A DNA stretch of 64,000 nucleotides, from NCBI GenBank assembly GCA_963741955.1, contig CAVUKB010000006.1:32001-96000 (forward strand), written 5' to 3'. The DNA comes from an uncultured Acidobacteriota bacterium (GTDB taxonomy: Bacteria > Acidobacteriota > Thermoanaerobaculia > Gp7-AA8). The notes beneath the pieces are model-generated. The model saw only the letters and a program-made list of their open reading frames with translations, did not search any database and was not told the DNA's origin. Positions 39,539 to 48,751 of this stretch are shown piece by piece; position 1 is the first letter of the stretch, and each line of letters begins with the position of its first letter. The position numbers and the translations under genes are program-made.

Positions 39539-41245
39539 TCACTTCCCTCCTTTCACCCGCGTCGCGTAGAGGTACGTCGCGAGCGCGTGCCGATCCGCGT
39601 CAGTCCCTTCGAACTCCGGCATCGCGTCGTTGAGTTGCGGAAGACGGCCCAGAAGGTCGTAGATCTGCGCCTCATTCTTTCCGGCGAGACGCGGCTCGAG
39701 CGGCCAGTCGGTCCCTTCGCCGTGGCACATTCCGCACGATGCGTCGAAAACAGTCGCGCCGGCGGCGCTGGGAGGCGCCTCGATCTCTCCCCCGCCGAGC
39801 GTGGCGAGATAGATCGCAAGGGCGTGGCGCTCGTCTTCATTGCCGGGGAAGGGCGGCATCCGCCTGTTCCGCCATGTGGCGAGCTCCACTCCGGGTTGAC
39901 TCCAGAGAGCTGGTTGGCCGTTCGCGTGGCGCGGGACCGCGAGGCGGTCGATCACACCCTCGAGTGCCACTACGCTCTTTCCCCGGACCAGGGGACGGAT
40001 GGCGAGGTAGCCGTCCACGGTGTGGCACTCCGAGCAGGTGAGCCGGAACAACTCCGCACCAGTCTCGGTGTGATGCTCGAGATCGGTCTGACCGCCGTTC
40101 GAGGCGCGCGTGTAGAGCGCCGAAGCCACAATGCCGCTCTGCTGGAGATGATCGACGCGCAGCGGATCGTTCACTCCCTGCGCCGCGGCGGGCGATCCAT
40201 CCGGCGCAGGCATCCTCGTTCCGTTCACGAACATGTAGTTCGAGATGACGAACGGCTTCCTCAGGTCCTCACGCACCCACTCGGAGCTCCCGACTGCCGC
40301 GAGTGCGGCAATCATCAGAAGTGAGGCGAGAACTCGAGCTCCCCCTCGGGCGCGGGTGAGCATCACGATGAGCGAGAGGACGATGGTGAGAGTGATGCTC
40401 GCGAGCGAGACGCGCAGCGCGAGATGGGCTGTCGGATAACCCGTCGCCGGTGCGAGGAACGCGCTTCGGAGAAGATCGATCGAACGCGACGACGCAGCTC
40501 CGAAGATCTCACCGACCGGAATCGCAGCGCGTGTGGCATCCGCGAAATACCAGAGAAGAGCGAACGGCAGCCCGATCGCCATCGGTGCGACCCATCCGGT
40601 CACCGCATACCGGGAGACCTTCTTTTTCAGATCACCCGTGGTGAGCCATGACGCGGTGAAGAGAGCGTAGACCCCCGCGAGACCGATTGCTCCGAGAGAG
40701 CGGATCACCAGCGAGGAGACGTACGTCGGATTGAAGAATCCGTCGAAGAACGAGTGCGTCTCGAGCCATGCCCCCGGAGTCAGCATGAAGCTGAGGATCC
40801 CGTTGATCACCACGAGACTCGCGAAGGCGGCGCCGAAGTAGATCCAGCCGACCGCGAGGTGGCGCTTGCGATCGAGCCGATCCCACCCGTAGTAGTAGAC
40901 GATCGCCGCGGTGATCTCCACGAAGAAGAACACCCACTCGATCGCCCATCCCCAGACGAAGATGTTGATCAGCGACGACGTCGCCGCAGGATGGACCAGG
41001 CCGATCGTGAACCAGATCCCCACACCGGTGACCGCTCCGAAGACGAGAGTGAGGAGGATGAAAAAGCGGCTCAGCCGGCGGATGTACCCGAGAAGCTCCG
41101 GATCCTCTTCCCGGTACGCCTTTCTCTCGGTCCAGACGAGAAAGAGCCCGCCTCCGACCGCGAAGTGAGAGACGAAGACGTGTACGATCGCGACTGCGGC
41201 GATCAGAAGACCGGACGCAGGCAGCGACCAGATCGGATAGTTCAT
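39539..41245 (-). CDS. Cytochrome bd oxidase subunit I-like protein fused to two c-type heme domains
   Basis: HVFVSHFAVGGG, FGAVTGVGIWF, IEWVFFFVE and EWVRE..RKP; C-terminal CSECH...MP and CGMCH...MP. Confidence 0.85.
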   Translation of the reverse strand: MNYPIWSLPASGLLIAAVAIVHVFVSHFAVGGGLFLVWTERKAYREEDPELLGYIRRLSRFFILLTLVFGAVTGVGIWFTIGLVHPAATSSLINIFVWGWAIEWVFFFVEITAAIVYYYGWDRLDRKRHLAVGWIYFGAAFASLVVINGILSFMLTPGAWLETHSFFDGFFNPTYVSSLVIRSLGAIGLAGVYALFTASWLTTGDLKKKVSRYAVTGWVAPMAIGLPFALLWYFADATRAAIPVGEIFGAASSRSIDLLRSAFLAPATGYPTAHLALRVSLASITLTIVLSLIVMLTRARGGARVLASLLMIAALAAVGSSEWVREDLRKPFVISNYMFVNGTRMPAPDGSPAAAQGVNDPLRVDHLQQSGIVASALYTRASNGGQTDLEHHTETGAELFRLTCSECHTVDGYLAIRPLVRGKSVVALEGVIDRLAVPRHANGQPALWSQPGVELATWRNRRMPPFPGNEDERHALAIYLATLGGGEIEAPPSAAGATVFDASCGMCHGEGTDWPLEPRLAGKNEAQIYDLLGRLPQLNDAMPEFEGTDADRHALATYLYATRVKGGK

Positions 41246-41287
41246 GGCGACTCCCTTCCAGCGTCGTGACGAACGTACGACCGGAGG

Positions 41288-41354
41288 ATTATGGCGAGCG
41301 GCATGGTCTGGCAGTGCCGGACGTCACAGCGAAGCGTTTGTGAGCCGGCTCACT
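41288..41354 (-). promoter_or_regulatory. Putative CRP/FNR-family-activated promoter of the bd-like operon
   Basis: -10 CATAAT (41293-41288); TGTGA-N6-GCACT on the minus strand (41313-41328); TGTGA-N6-TCACT (41339-41354). Confidence 0.45.
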
Positions 41355-41406
41355 GCGTCGCCGGAAGGGAGAGGGTGCGCTCCGGCGATCGTGATGACAA
41401 GCGTGC

Positions 41407-41451
41407 TTGACACGCCGCGTTCCACGTCCTATATTTCACATGGAAAGTGAA
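41407..41451 (+). promoter_or_regulatory. Sigma70 promoter with overlapping inverted repeat
   Basis: TTGACA-17 nt-TATATT, followed by TTCAC-N7-GTGAA. Confidence 0.65.
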
Positions 41452-41476
41452 CTTGACACAGCGATGGAGGCTTTCG

Positions 41477-42214
41477 ATGCGCATCACGATGATCGGTCAC
41501 AGCACAGTTCTCCTCGAGTCCGGCCGCAGCAGACTTCTGACCGACCCCTGGTTCGGACGGTTCGGCAATCTGGCGTATGCGCGCACCGCACCTCCCTCGA
41601 TGCAACGCGAAGAGCTTCGAAACGTCGACGGCGTTCTTCTCTCCCATCATCATTTCGATCACACCGACCGGAGATACCTCCGGGGTCTCGACCAGACGGT
41701 TCCGGTCTTCGTTCCCGATGGTGAGGGGTGGCTGATGAGACTCAAAGGAGTCCGGAATCCGATTCCGGTGAGAACGTGGGAGGAGCGCGAGATCGCCGAC
41801 ATTCGGATCACGGCGGTCCCCGCGGTGCACATCGCGCGCACCGCCGGATGGCTCCTCGAGGCAGAAAACCTCGCGGTCTGGTTCGCAGGCGACACGTACC
41901 ACCGTCCTTTCGTGCGAGAGATTGCGGAGCGCTTCCGCGTCGACGTCGCGCTGATGCCGGTGACGACGTTTCTCATCCCGCCCACCATGGGCGAGCGCGG
42001 AGCCGTCGCTTCCGCTCTCGATCTTCACCCTTCGGTGATCATTCCGATTCATCGGGGCATCACCCCGCGCCTCCCTCTGCTCCGCGGACGTCAGAGCGTC
42101 GAACGATTCGAGCGACGGCTGCTCGCCGCGGGTGTCGACGCGCAGGTTCTCGGGCTCGAGGAAGGATCGTGGTGGGATTCGGAGAGCTCCGCACGCGCGC
42201 TCAGGGCCGGGTGA
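41477..42214 (+). CDS. MBL-fold metallo-hydrolase
   Basis: GHST, LTDPWF, SHHHFDH, PAVH, FAGDT, IPIH. Confidence 0.92.
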   Translation: MRITMIGHSTVLLESGRSRLLTDPWFGRFGNLAYARTAPPSMQREELRNVDGVLLSHHHFDHTDRRYLRGLDQTVPVFVPDGEGWLMRLKGVRNPIPVRTWEEREIADIRITAVPAVHIARTAGWLLEAENLAVWFAGDTYHRPFVREIAERFRVDVALMPVTTFLIPPTMGERGAVASALDLHPSVIIPIHRGITPRLPLLRGRQSVERFERRLLAAGVDAQVLGLEEGSWWDSESSARALRAG

Positions 42215-42788
42215 AACGAGGCCCTTTCTTCACCCGCCCGGCGGTCTCGACGTCCTTTCGGGTCTTCGAGTAGACGAGTACGTCGGAGACGATTCCTGCC
42301 TTCACCGCTGCGTCACGCAGGCGCCCTTCGAGTCGGAAGCCGCACTTCTCCAGGACGCGTCCGGAGGCGGGGTTCGAAGCGATGTGGCGCGCCTGGATCG
42401 AAGTGATCTCCGGCAGCATCTCGAACCCGTACCAGACGATTGCGTCCACCGCCTCGGAGGCGATTCCGCGTCCCCAGTACGGCTCGGCGATCCAGTATCC
42501 GAGCTCGATCGTGCAGCGGAAGATATCGCTCTGCGGCTGGAGTCCGATCCCACCGACGACCTGTCCGGAGAGCTCGATCGCGAAATCGAGCAGAGGACCG
42601 GGGTTCGAGTTGCACTGTGCGATCCACCGCCATGCGTCGGGAAGCGTATACGGATGCGGAAAGGAGTCCCGAAGATTCCGGGCGACATTCCAGTTGTCCG
42701 CCCACTGAACGAGAGCATCCTCGTCACCCGGCATCCAGGGTCGGAGGAGGAGTCTCGAAGTGCGGATGGTGGTCGTGGTCGAAGGCAT
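42201..42788 (-). CDS. GNAT acetyltransferase (RimJ/RimL family)
   Basis: RLLLRP, FPHPYT, ELGYWI...YWGRGIASEA, NPASGRVLEKCGF..EG. Confidence 0.93.
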   Translation of the reverse strand: MPSTTTTIRTSRLLLRPWMPGDEDALVQWADNWNVARNLRDSFPHPYTLPDAWRWIAQCNSNPGPLLDFAIELSGQVVGGIGLQPQSDIFRCTIELGYWIAEPYWGRGIASEAVDAIVWYGFEMLPEITSIQARHIASNPASGRVLEKCGFRLEGRLRDAAVKAGIVSDVLVYSKTRKDVETAGRVKKGPRFTRP

Positions 42789-42815
42789 CCGCTGCGAAGA
42801 TTACTGCGACTTGGC

Positions 42816-43113
42816 GTCTGCGCGGTAGAAACTGTCCTACTGCGAAAGCGGATCAATGGTCCAAATCCGAACGAATTTGGCCTCGTTGCTCCGCTTTCTC
42901 GCTACGGACGTTTCTATCGCGCAGACTCCCAGCCCGCATTTCTCACACCGTCTCGTCGCGAGGAGGCGGAGAGGGGCCTGGATGCAAGGCGCGCCGGGCT
43001 TCGGCAACGAAGGCATAGTGGCGACTATGTCGAGGAGCCGAAGCCGGGCGCAACGCAGCAGAATGGCCGCTATCCGTCTCCGCAGCAGAGATGATGTGAG
43101 AAATGCGGGCTGG
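42816..43113. repeat. Two adjacent long imperfect palindromes (MITE/REP-like)
   Basis: 42816-42927 has arms GTCTGCGCG.TAGAAAC...GTTTCTATCGCGCAGAC; 42928-43113 has a 20-bp terminal IR CCCAGCCCGCATTTCTCACA/TGTGAGAAATGCGGGCTGGG plus nested inner stems. Confidence 0.75.
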
Positions 43114-43218
43114 GGAAGGAAAAGCGACCGGCGTACGGCTCTTTCATCGCCAATGCAGCAGGGAGCCGGAGCGTCAGAAATGTCCGTCGTGCCGGGAGGC
43201 GGGGTCTCCGCTCGCGGA

Positions 43219-43521
43219 TCACCGGTGCTGATGATCGCGGCAGTAGTAGGTCGTACGGCCCGCGACGACGGCGCGCTCCAGCGTGCCCCCGCACCGTGCA
43301 CAGCGCGCTCCTTCGTCGCGACGATCGATCAGCCAGTTGCGTGGATTCGGTGTGTCGCTCTCCTGGCGCTCGATCGCCGCGGTGAGGATCCGGCGCATGG
43401 TGCGGAACATCGCCCGTGTCGTCTCCGGCGAAACTGCGTTCCCTCGAGTCTCCGGATGCACCGCGGTCTGAAAGAGAATCTCGTCGACCCGGAGATTGCC
43501 CAGTCCCGCGACGTTGCTCTG
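43219..43521 (-). pseudogene. mutM: Fpg/MutM DNA glycosylase, C-terminal remnant (H2TH and zinc finger)
   Basis: QSNVAGLGNLRVDEILF..AVHP...CARCG...GRTTYYCRDHQ; no N-terminal PE catalytic domain upstream. Confidence 0.8.
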
Positions 43522-43524
43522 GCA

Positions 43525-43775
43525 CTCTCCACGTGCTCGTGTCTCTTCGAGAAATACGGGACTCTGACTGGGCCGCAGGTCATCAACAACACGCAGTATT
43601 TTGACGGGACGAACACGACCGAGTGCCAGAGCAATCCGGACTGGCGGGCTTGGACCCATGTGAATGATAATGGGGTGTATCTTTGCGATTCTTTCACCAG
43701 ACTCAGCGACCAGGGCGCCGCAGTGATCGTGATCCACGAAGCCTTGCACTCCGTGGGGATGGATGACAGTTGCGC
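43525..43775 (+). pseudogene. Internal fragment of an HExxH zinc-metallopeptidase-like gene
   Basis: CSCLFEKY...VYLCDSF...AAVIVIHEALHSVG; visibly more AT-rich; no start codon or RBS of its own. Confidence 0.55.
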
Positions 43776-43780
43776 GACGC

Positions 43781-43806
43781 GACCTGTCGGACATGTCCGA
43801 CAGGTC
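43781..43806. repeat. Perfect 26-bp palindrome
   Basis: GACCTGTCGGACATGTCCGACAGGTC equals its own reverse complement. Confidence 0.9.
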
Positions 43807-43828
43807 CGCAGCACCGAGCGGTGACCGC

Positions 43829-44818
43829 CTACCGCAGTTGCTCGGCGCGCTCCGCGACCAGGCGTGCTTCTTCGTCCCGGGGAGGATGCTTCGTCTGTCC
43901 CAGAAGGCTTCGGAGATCGAAGCGGCGCCGGCCGAGCACCGGCTTCCAGAGATCGCCGAGTTGCGCCAGTCGCTCGCGCGAGTTGTCCATCCGGAAGTCG
44001 TCGATCTCGATCCCTTCTTCGATCTCTTCCCAGGTGACCGGCATGGAGACCGGCGCACCCGGTCGCGGACGGACCGAGTAGACCGACGCGAGCGTGCGTC
44101 CCCATGCGTTCTGGTTGTAGTCGACCAGGACGCGTCCCCGTGGACGCTTCGCCTTGCGGTACTCGGCGGTGGCGATCTTCGGATGACGGCTCTGCATCTC
44201 GATTGCGATGGCCTTGGAGACTTTCCACACTTCCTTCTGCAACGGCCCGTGCACGATGGGGACGTAGACGTGAATGCCTTTCGAGCCGGTCGTCTTCGGA
44301 TACGATGGCATCCCGAGGGCGTCGAGCATTTCGCGCAGACGCAGCGACACTTCCCGAACGGTCGCGAACGTCGCACCGGGAACGGGATCGAGATCGAAGT
44401 GGAGAAAGTCGGGCCGGTCGTAGTCGTCACACGGCGAGTACCACGGGTTCAGGTCGATACAGCCGAGGTTCACCAGCCAGAGGAGTGACGCGAGATCGTC
44501 GACGACCGGGAACTCGACCGGTCCCGCATTGTGTGGGATGGTGCAGGTACGCACCCAATCCGGACGCGGCGAAGGAGCGCGCTTCATGTAGAAGAATTTC
44601 CCGCTCGCGCCATTCGGATAGCGCTTCATCACCATGGCCCGCCCTGTAATGTGCGGCAGCAGCCAGCGCGAGACGTCGGCGTAGTACTGGAGTAGATCGC
44701 GCTTGGCGATCTTCTCCTCGTCCCAGAAGAGTTTGCCGAGGTTCGTGAGATCGACCGTGTGTCCCTTGATGGTCAGGGAAGCATTGTCGCGATCCTCTGG
44801 AATTCTCGTCCCGGCCAT
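43829..44818 (-). CDS. ligD: LigD-type primase-polymerase domain (stand-alone)
   Basis: KRYPNG..G.FF.K, FDLDP, KTTGSKGIHV, VDYNQN, YSVR, PVSMP..WEE; no ligase domain. Confidence 0.92.
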   Translation of the reverse strand: MAGTRIPEDRDNASLTIKGHTVDLTNLGKLFWDEEKIAKRDLLQYYADVSRWLLPHITGRAMVMKRYPNGASGKFFYMKRAPSPRPDWVRTCTIPHNAGPVEFPVVDDLASLLWLVNLGCIDLNPWYSPCDDYDRPDFLHFDLDPVPGATFATVREVSLRLREMLDALGMPSYPKTTGSKGIHVYVPIVHGPLQKEVWKVSKAIAIEMQSRHPKIATAEYRKAKRPRGRVLVDYNQNAWGRTLASVYSVRPRPGAPVSMPVTWEEIEEGIEIDDFRMDNSRERLAQLGDLWKPVLGRRRFDLRSLLGQTKHPPRDEEARLVAERAEQLR

Positions 44819-45037
44819 GGGGGACGAGTGTTGCGAAGAGCCTGCCCGCAGGCCGGGGCCGGCCGGACTATTCCGAGCCCGGCTGATGGACGCAACGAGT
44901 CGCGTGAGGAGGACTCGATGTTCACGAGCTCTCGACGTCCAAGGCGGGTGGTACGACCCACAAACGGAGCAAACCATTTTCTTACGATCGCGTCATAATG
45001 GTCAGAACGTCCCGACCCGTCCTCGGGATCTCACGCC

Positions 45038-46246
45038 ATGAAACTACGAACCGGGATCGGACTCGCTCTGGCTGCGCTCGCCCTCAACGCCTGCACTGCA
45101 GCTCCGGCGTCGACTCACGGCTCCTCCGGGTCCCCTGCGCGGGCGGCGGAAGTGCGACGCGGCGACTTCGTCGACGTCTTCGTCCTCACGGGGGCGCTCG
45201 AAGCCACTCGCGGCGAGACGCTGAGCGTTCCGACCATCCCGATGTGGCAGACCACCATCAAGTGGCTGATCGACGACGGAAGCCGGGTGAAGACGGGCGA
45301 CCGCATCGCGGAGCTCGACAGCACTGCGCTCACTTCGAACCTGGAGCAGCAGAAGCTCACTGCCGCCCAGGCGCGGCAACGTCTCGCGCAGAATCGCGCG
45401 TCGTCCGAGGCACAACTCTCCGATTCGGATCTCACGGTCGAGCAGCGAAAGCTCGAGATGGAAAAGGCCGCGATCACTGCGTCGGTGCCGAAGGATCTCC
45501 TCCCGCTTCGAGAGTACAGCGACCGTCAGCTCGCGCTGCAGCGCGCGCGCAGCGAGTACGAGAAGGCCGTAACCTCACGAGAGGCGTTGCGAAAGAGCAG
45601 CGCGTCCGAGATCGCGAATCTGCTGCTCGACCTCGAGAAGACCGAGCGCGAGATCGCGGAAGCGGAATCCGCAGTACACGCCCTGACCCTTCGCGCACCG
45701 GTCGACGGAGTCGTCGTCATCGAGAATCATCCGTGGGAGGGACGACCTGTACAGGTCGGAGACAGCGCGTGGGTCGGAATGAGCATCGCCACCATTCCCG
45801 ACCTTTCGACGATCCAGGTGCTCGCACAGCTTTCCGACGTCGACGACGGAAAGGTTCTCGAAGGGATGCCTGTCGAGGTGAAGTTGGATGCGTATCCCGG
45901 CGCCGTGTTTCGGGGTCACGTCTCCAGAGTCTCCAGCATCGCTCAGGAGCCGGATCCGCGTTCCAGGCGCCGGAGTTTCCGGGTGAGCGTCGCGCTCGAT
46001 CATCTCGACCAGCAGAAGATGCGTCCCGGCTTTTCGGCGTTGGTGTTGGTCCGGCGGGCCGTGGTCAAAAACGTTCTTCTCGTACCGCGTGCCGCGGTCG
46101 ATTTCTCCCGGAACCAGACCATGGTTCGGGTTCGCGACCGTGGTCCGGTCGAGGCGCGCCTCGGCGCGTGCAATCCGCAGGAGTGCGTCGTTGAAGCCGG
46201 CCTGACCGAAGGGACTCTCGTAGACGTCAGCGGAGGGAGGGCATGA
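45038..46246 (+). CDS. Efflux periplasmic adaptor (MFP/HlyD), lipoprotein
   Basis: Lipobox LNAC; G..VK.GD, coiled coil, LRAPVDG, MRPG.S. Confidence 0.88.
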   Translation: MKLRTGIGLALAALALNACTAAPASTHGSSGSPARAAEVRRGDFVDVFVLTGALEATRGETLSVPTIPMWQTTIKWLIDDGSRVKTGDRIAELDSTALTSNLEQQKLTAAQARQRLAQNRASSEAQLSDSDLTVEQRKLEMEKAAITASVPKDLLPLREYSDRQLALQRARSEYEKAVTSREALRKSSASEIANLLLDLEKTEREIAEAESAVHALTLRAPVDGVVVIENHPWEGRPVQVGDSAWVGMSIATIPDLSTIQVLAQLSDVDDGKVLEGMPVEVKLDAYPGAVFRGHVSRVSSIAQEPDPRSRRRSFRVSVALDHLDQQKMRPGFSALVLVRRAVVKNVLLVPRAAVDFSRNQTMVRVRDRGPVEARLGACNPQECVVEAGLTEGTLVDVSGGRA

Positions 46247-47463
46247 ACCGCCGGCGGATGGCGATCGTCGCCGGGATCGGCGCCGCTCTCGTCGCGCTCG
46301 GCGTCATGGGAGAGCGCCATCTCGAAACCGGGAAAACGCAATGGGGAACGGCCGTGCGAGACGACCTCGTGATCTCGACCGAGATCAGCGGGACTCTCGC
46401 GGCGGTCGAGTCCGACCTCCTCGGTCCGCCCCAGATCCCCGATTTCTGGGACTTCAAGATCTCTCAGCTGGCCGCCGAGGGGACCACTGTCCGGAAGGGA
46501 CAGCCGGTGATCGGATTCGACACCAGCGATCTTCAACGCCAGCTCCAGGAGAAGCTCGCCGAGAGCCAGACCGCGCGCAAGGAGATGGAAAAGCGCGCAG
46601 CCGACCTCGAAGTCGACGCGGCCGCGGACCGTCTCCAGCTCGCGGAAGCCCGCGCCTCTCTGCGGAAGTCCGAGCTGAAGCTGGAGGCTCCCGGGGAGAT
46701 CGTGGCGGTCAACGAGCGGAAGCAGGCGACGCTGGATCGTGATCTCGCCATCAAACAGATCCGCTTCGTCGAACAGAAGATCGCCGCTTCGTCCCGCGCC
46801 GCGAAAGAGGAGATCGACATCCTTCGAAACCGGATGGAGTCCGCAGACGCACGAGTGAAACAGATCGAGTCATCCATCGAACAGATGAACGTCCGCGCGC
46901 CGCGGGATGGGACAGTCATTCTGATCCCGAACTGGCGCAATCAGAAGAAGAAGGTCGGCGATTCCTGCTGGCGGGGAGAACGGATCGCGGAGATTCCGAA
47001 TCTCAGGAGAATGATGGCCAAGGCCGAGGTGGACGAATCCGATGCGGGGCGCATCGCGGTCGGGCAGCGGGTGGTTCTCCGCCTCGATTCGCGTCCCGAC
47101 GAAGAGCTCGTGGCGAAGGTCTCCAGAATCGCCACCAACGTCCAGAAAAGGAGCCGGTGGGATTCGCAGAAAGTGCTCAAGGTCGATCTCTCCCTCGCTC
47201 GAACCGATCCCGAGACGATGCGCCCGGGGATGCGGTTCCGCGGAGACGTGGAGTTCGAGCGGATTCCCGGAGTGGTCCTGATTCCTGAAGCGGCGGTCTT
47301 CGACTCGCCGCAGGGGCCGGTGGTGATCCGCCGCGGTCTGTTCGGGAACACCACCGTCCCGGTGCGTCTCGGGCGGCGCAACCGCGACCGTGTCGAAGTG
47401 ATCTCCGGAGTCGATCCAGGGACGAAGGTCCTCCTTCGCGAACAATCCGAGGAGAAGTCATGA
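46243..47463 (+). CDS. Efflux periplasmic adaptor (MFP/HlyD)
   Basis: EG..VRKG, VRAPRDG, MRPGM, IP..AV. Confidence 0.88.
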   Translation: MNRRRMAIVAGIGAALVALGVMGERHLETGKTQWGTAVRDDLVISTEISGTLAAVESDLLGPPQIPDFWDFKISQLAAEGTTVRKGQPVIGFDTSDLQRQLQEKLAESQTARKEMEKRAADLEVDAAADRLQLAEARASLRKSELKLEAPGEIVAVNERKQATLDRDLAIKQIRFVEQKIAASSRAAKEEIDILRNRMESADARVKQIESSIEQMNVRAPRDGTVILIPNWRNQKKKVGDSCWRGERIAEIPNLRRMMAKAEVDESDAGRIAVGQRVVLRLDSRPDEELVAKVSRIATNVQKRSRWDSQKVLKVDLSLARTDPETMRPGMRFRGDVEFERIPGVVLIPEAAVFDSPQGPVVIRRGLFGNTTVPVRLGRRNRDRVEVISGVDPGTKVLLREQSEEKS

Positions 47464-48680
47464 GCGCGACGAGACGGGTGGCGATCGCCGCCGGAGCCGT
47501 CGTGACCGTCGCGGCGCTCGCGGTCCTCGCACTGAATCTCGCCGGAGATTCTGTCCCTGCAGAGCCGCTCTTCCGGATCGCGCCGTCGACTTTCTCGCGG
47601 ACCGTGACGGCGGATGGTACGTTCAAGGCGGTCGATTCGACGCCAGTGAGTGCTCCGGTCGGGATACGGCGTCCGATGAGAATCGCCTGGCTCACGGACG
47701 ATGGGAAGCACGTCGAGAAGGGTGATCTCCTCGCGCGTCTCGATGCGTCGGAGCTGGAATCGGAGATGAAGGACGGGCGCGTGATGTGGGAGACGGCGGC
47801 GAACCGGATCCGGAAGGAGGACTCCGACTGGACCGCCACGCGGGAGAACCTGGGGCGCGATGCAGAACAGGCCACGCGCGAGCTCGTTGCAGCCAGGAGC
47901 TTTCCGCGCCGGGACGACGACGTCTTCTCGCGATATCAGATCATCGAGTCGGATATCGACGAGAACCTCGCGGAAAGAAAACGCGACCACGCCGACGATC
48001 TGAAGGAGATCCGCGGACGCGTCGCGGCGGCACAGCGCCAGCTCGTGGAGATCGAACAGAAGAAGGCCGGCCTGAAGATCGATCAGGCGAAGTCGGGATT
48101 GGCATCACTCGAGATCCGCGCAGAGCATGCCGGGACATTCACCCTCCGCCGCGTCTACGGGGAGACGCTTCGCGTCGGCGACCGGGTGTGGAGCGGACTC
48201 TCGATCGGCGAGCTGCCCGACCTCGCGAAGATGGAGGCGGAAACGTGGGTGCTCGAAGCGGATGCCGGCGGTCTCGCTCCGGGCGAGCCGGCCGACGTCT
48301 GGCTCGAGTCGAACCCGCGGAGGACGTACGCCGCGAAGGTCAGGAGTGTGGCGCCGATCGCGAAACCGCACGTCCAGGGATCGCCGGTGCAGTACTTCGA
48401 CGTGACGCTCGAGCTCGAGAAGACGGATCCGGCAGTGATGAAGCCGGGAACCCGGCTGCGGGCGAGAATCCACCTCGAACGGCGGAACGCCGCGATTGCG
48501 ATACCGCGTCAGGCGGTGTTCGAGAAGAAAGGAAAGAAGATCGTCTACCGCAGGAGTGATCAGGGATTCGAACCGGTCGAGGTCACGATCCAGAGCACGT
48601 CTCCGGGCCGGGTGGTGATCACGAAAGGATTGAAGTCCGGCGACGTCATCGCGCTGCGCGAGCCGGAGAAGACGGAGTGA
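47460..48680 (+). CDS. Efflux periplasmic adaptor (MFP/HlyD)
   Basis: DG..VEKGD, IRAEHAG, MKPG, IPRQAV. Confidence 0.88.
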   Translation: MSATRRVAIAAGAVVTVAALAVLALNLAGDSVPAEPLFRIAPSTFSRTVTADGTFKAVDSTPVSAPVGIRRPMRIAWLTDDGKHVEKGDLLARLDASELESEMKDGRVMWETAANRIRKEDSDWTATRENLGRDAEQATRELVAARSFPRRDDDVFSRYQIIESDIDENLAERKRDHADDLKEIRGRVAAAQRQLVEIEQKKAGLKIDQAKSGLASLEIRAEHAGTFTLRRVYGETLRVGDRVWSGLSIGELPDLAKMEAETWVLEADAGGLAPGEPADVWLESNPRRTYAAKVRSVAPIAKPHVQGSPVQYFDVTLELEKTDPAVMKPGTRLRARIHLERRNAAIAIPRQAVFEKKGKKIVYRRSDQGFEPVEVTIQSTSPGRVVITKGLKSGDVIALREPEKTE

Positions 48681-48751
48681 GCGCGACTGGTGTGTGCGTC
48701 GTGGGGTTTGAGCAGACAGCGGACAACGGATGAGGGGTTGCAGAGTCTTCC

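Noticed and set aside
42816-43113. Integron attC sites next to the GNAT gene
   Set aside because: No RYYYAAC/GTTRRRY core pair was seen and no integrase is in the window.
42856-44430. ORFs 42856-43824 (+) and 43219-44430 (-) as intact genes
   Set aside because: Each is a read-through of palindromes or another frame joined to a short genuine fragment (HExxH or Fpg).
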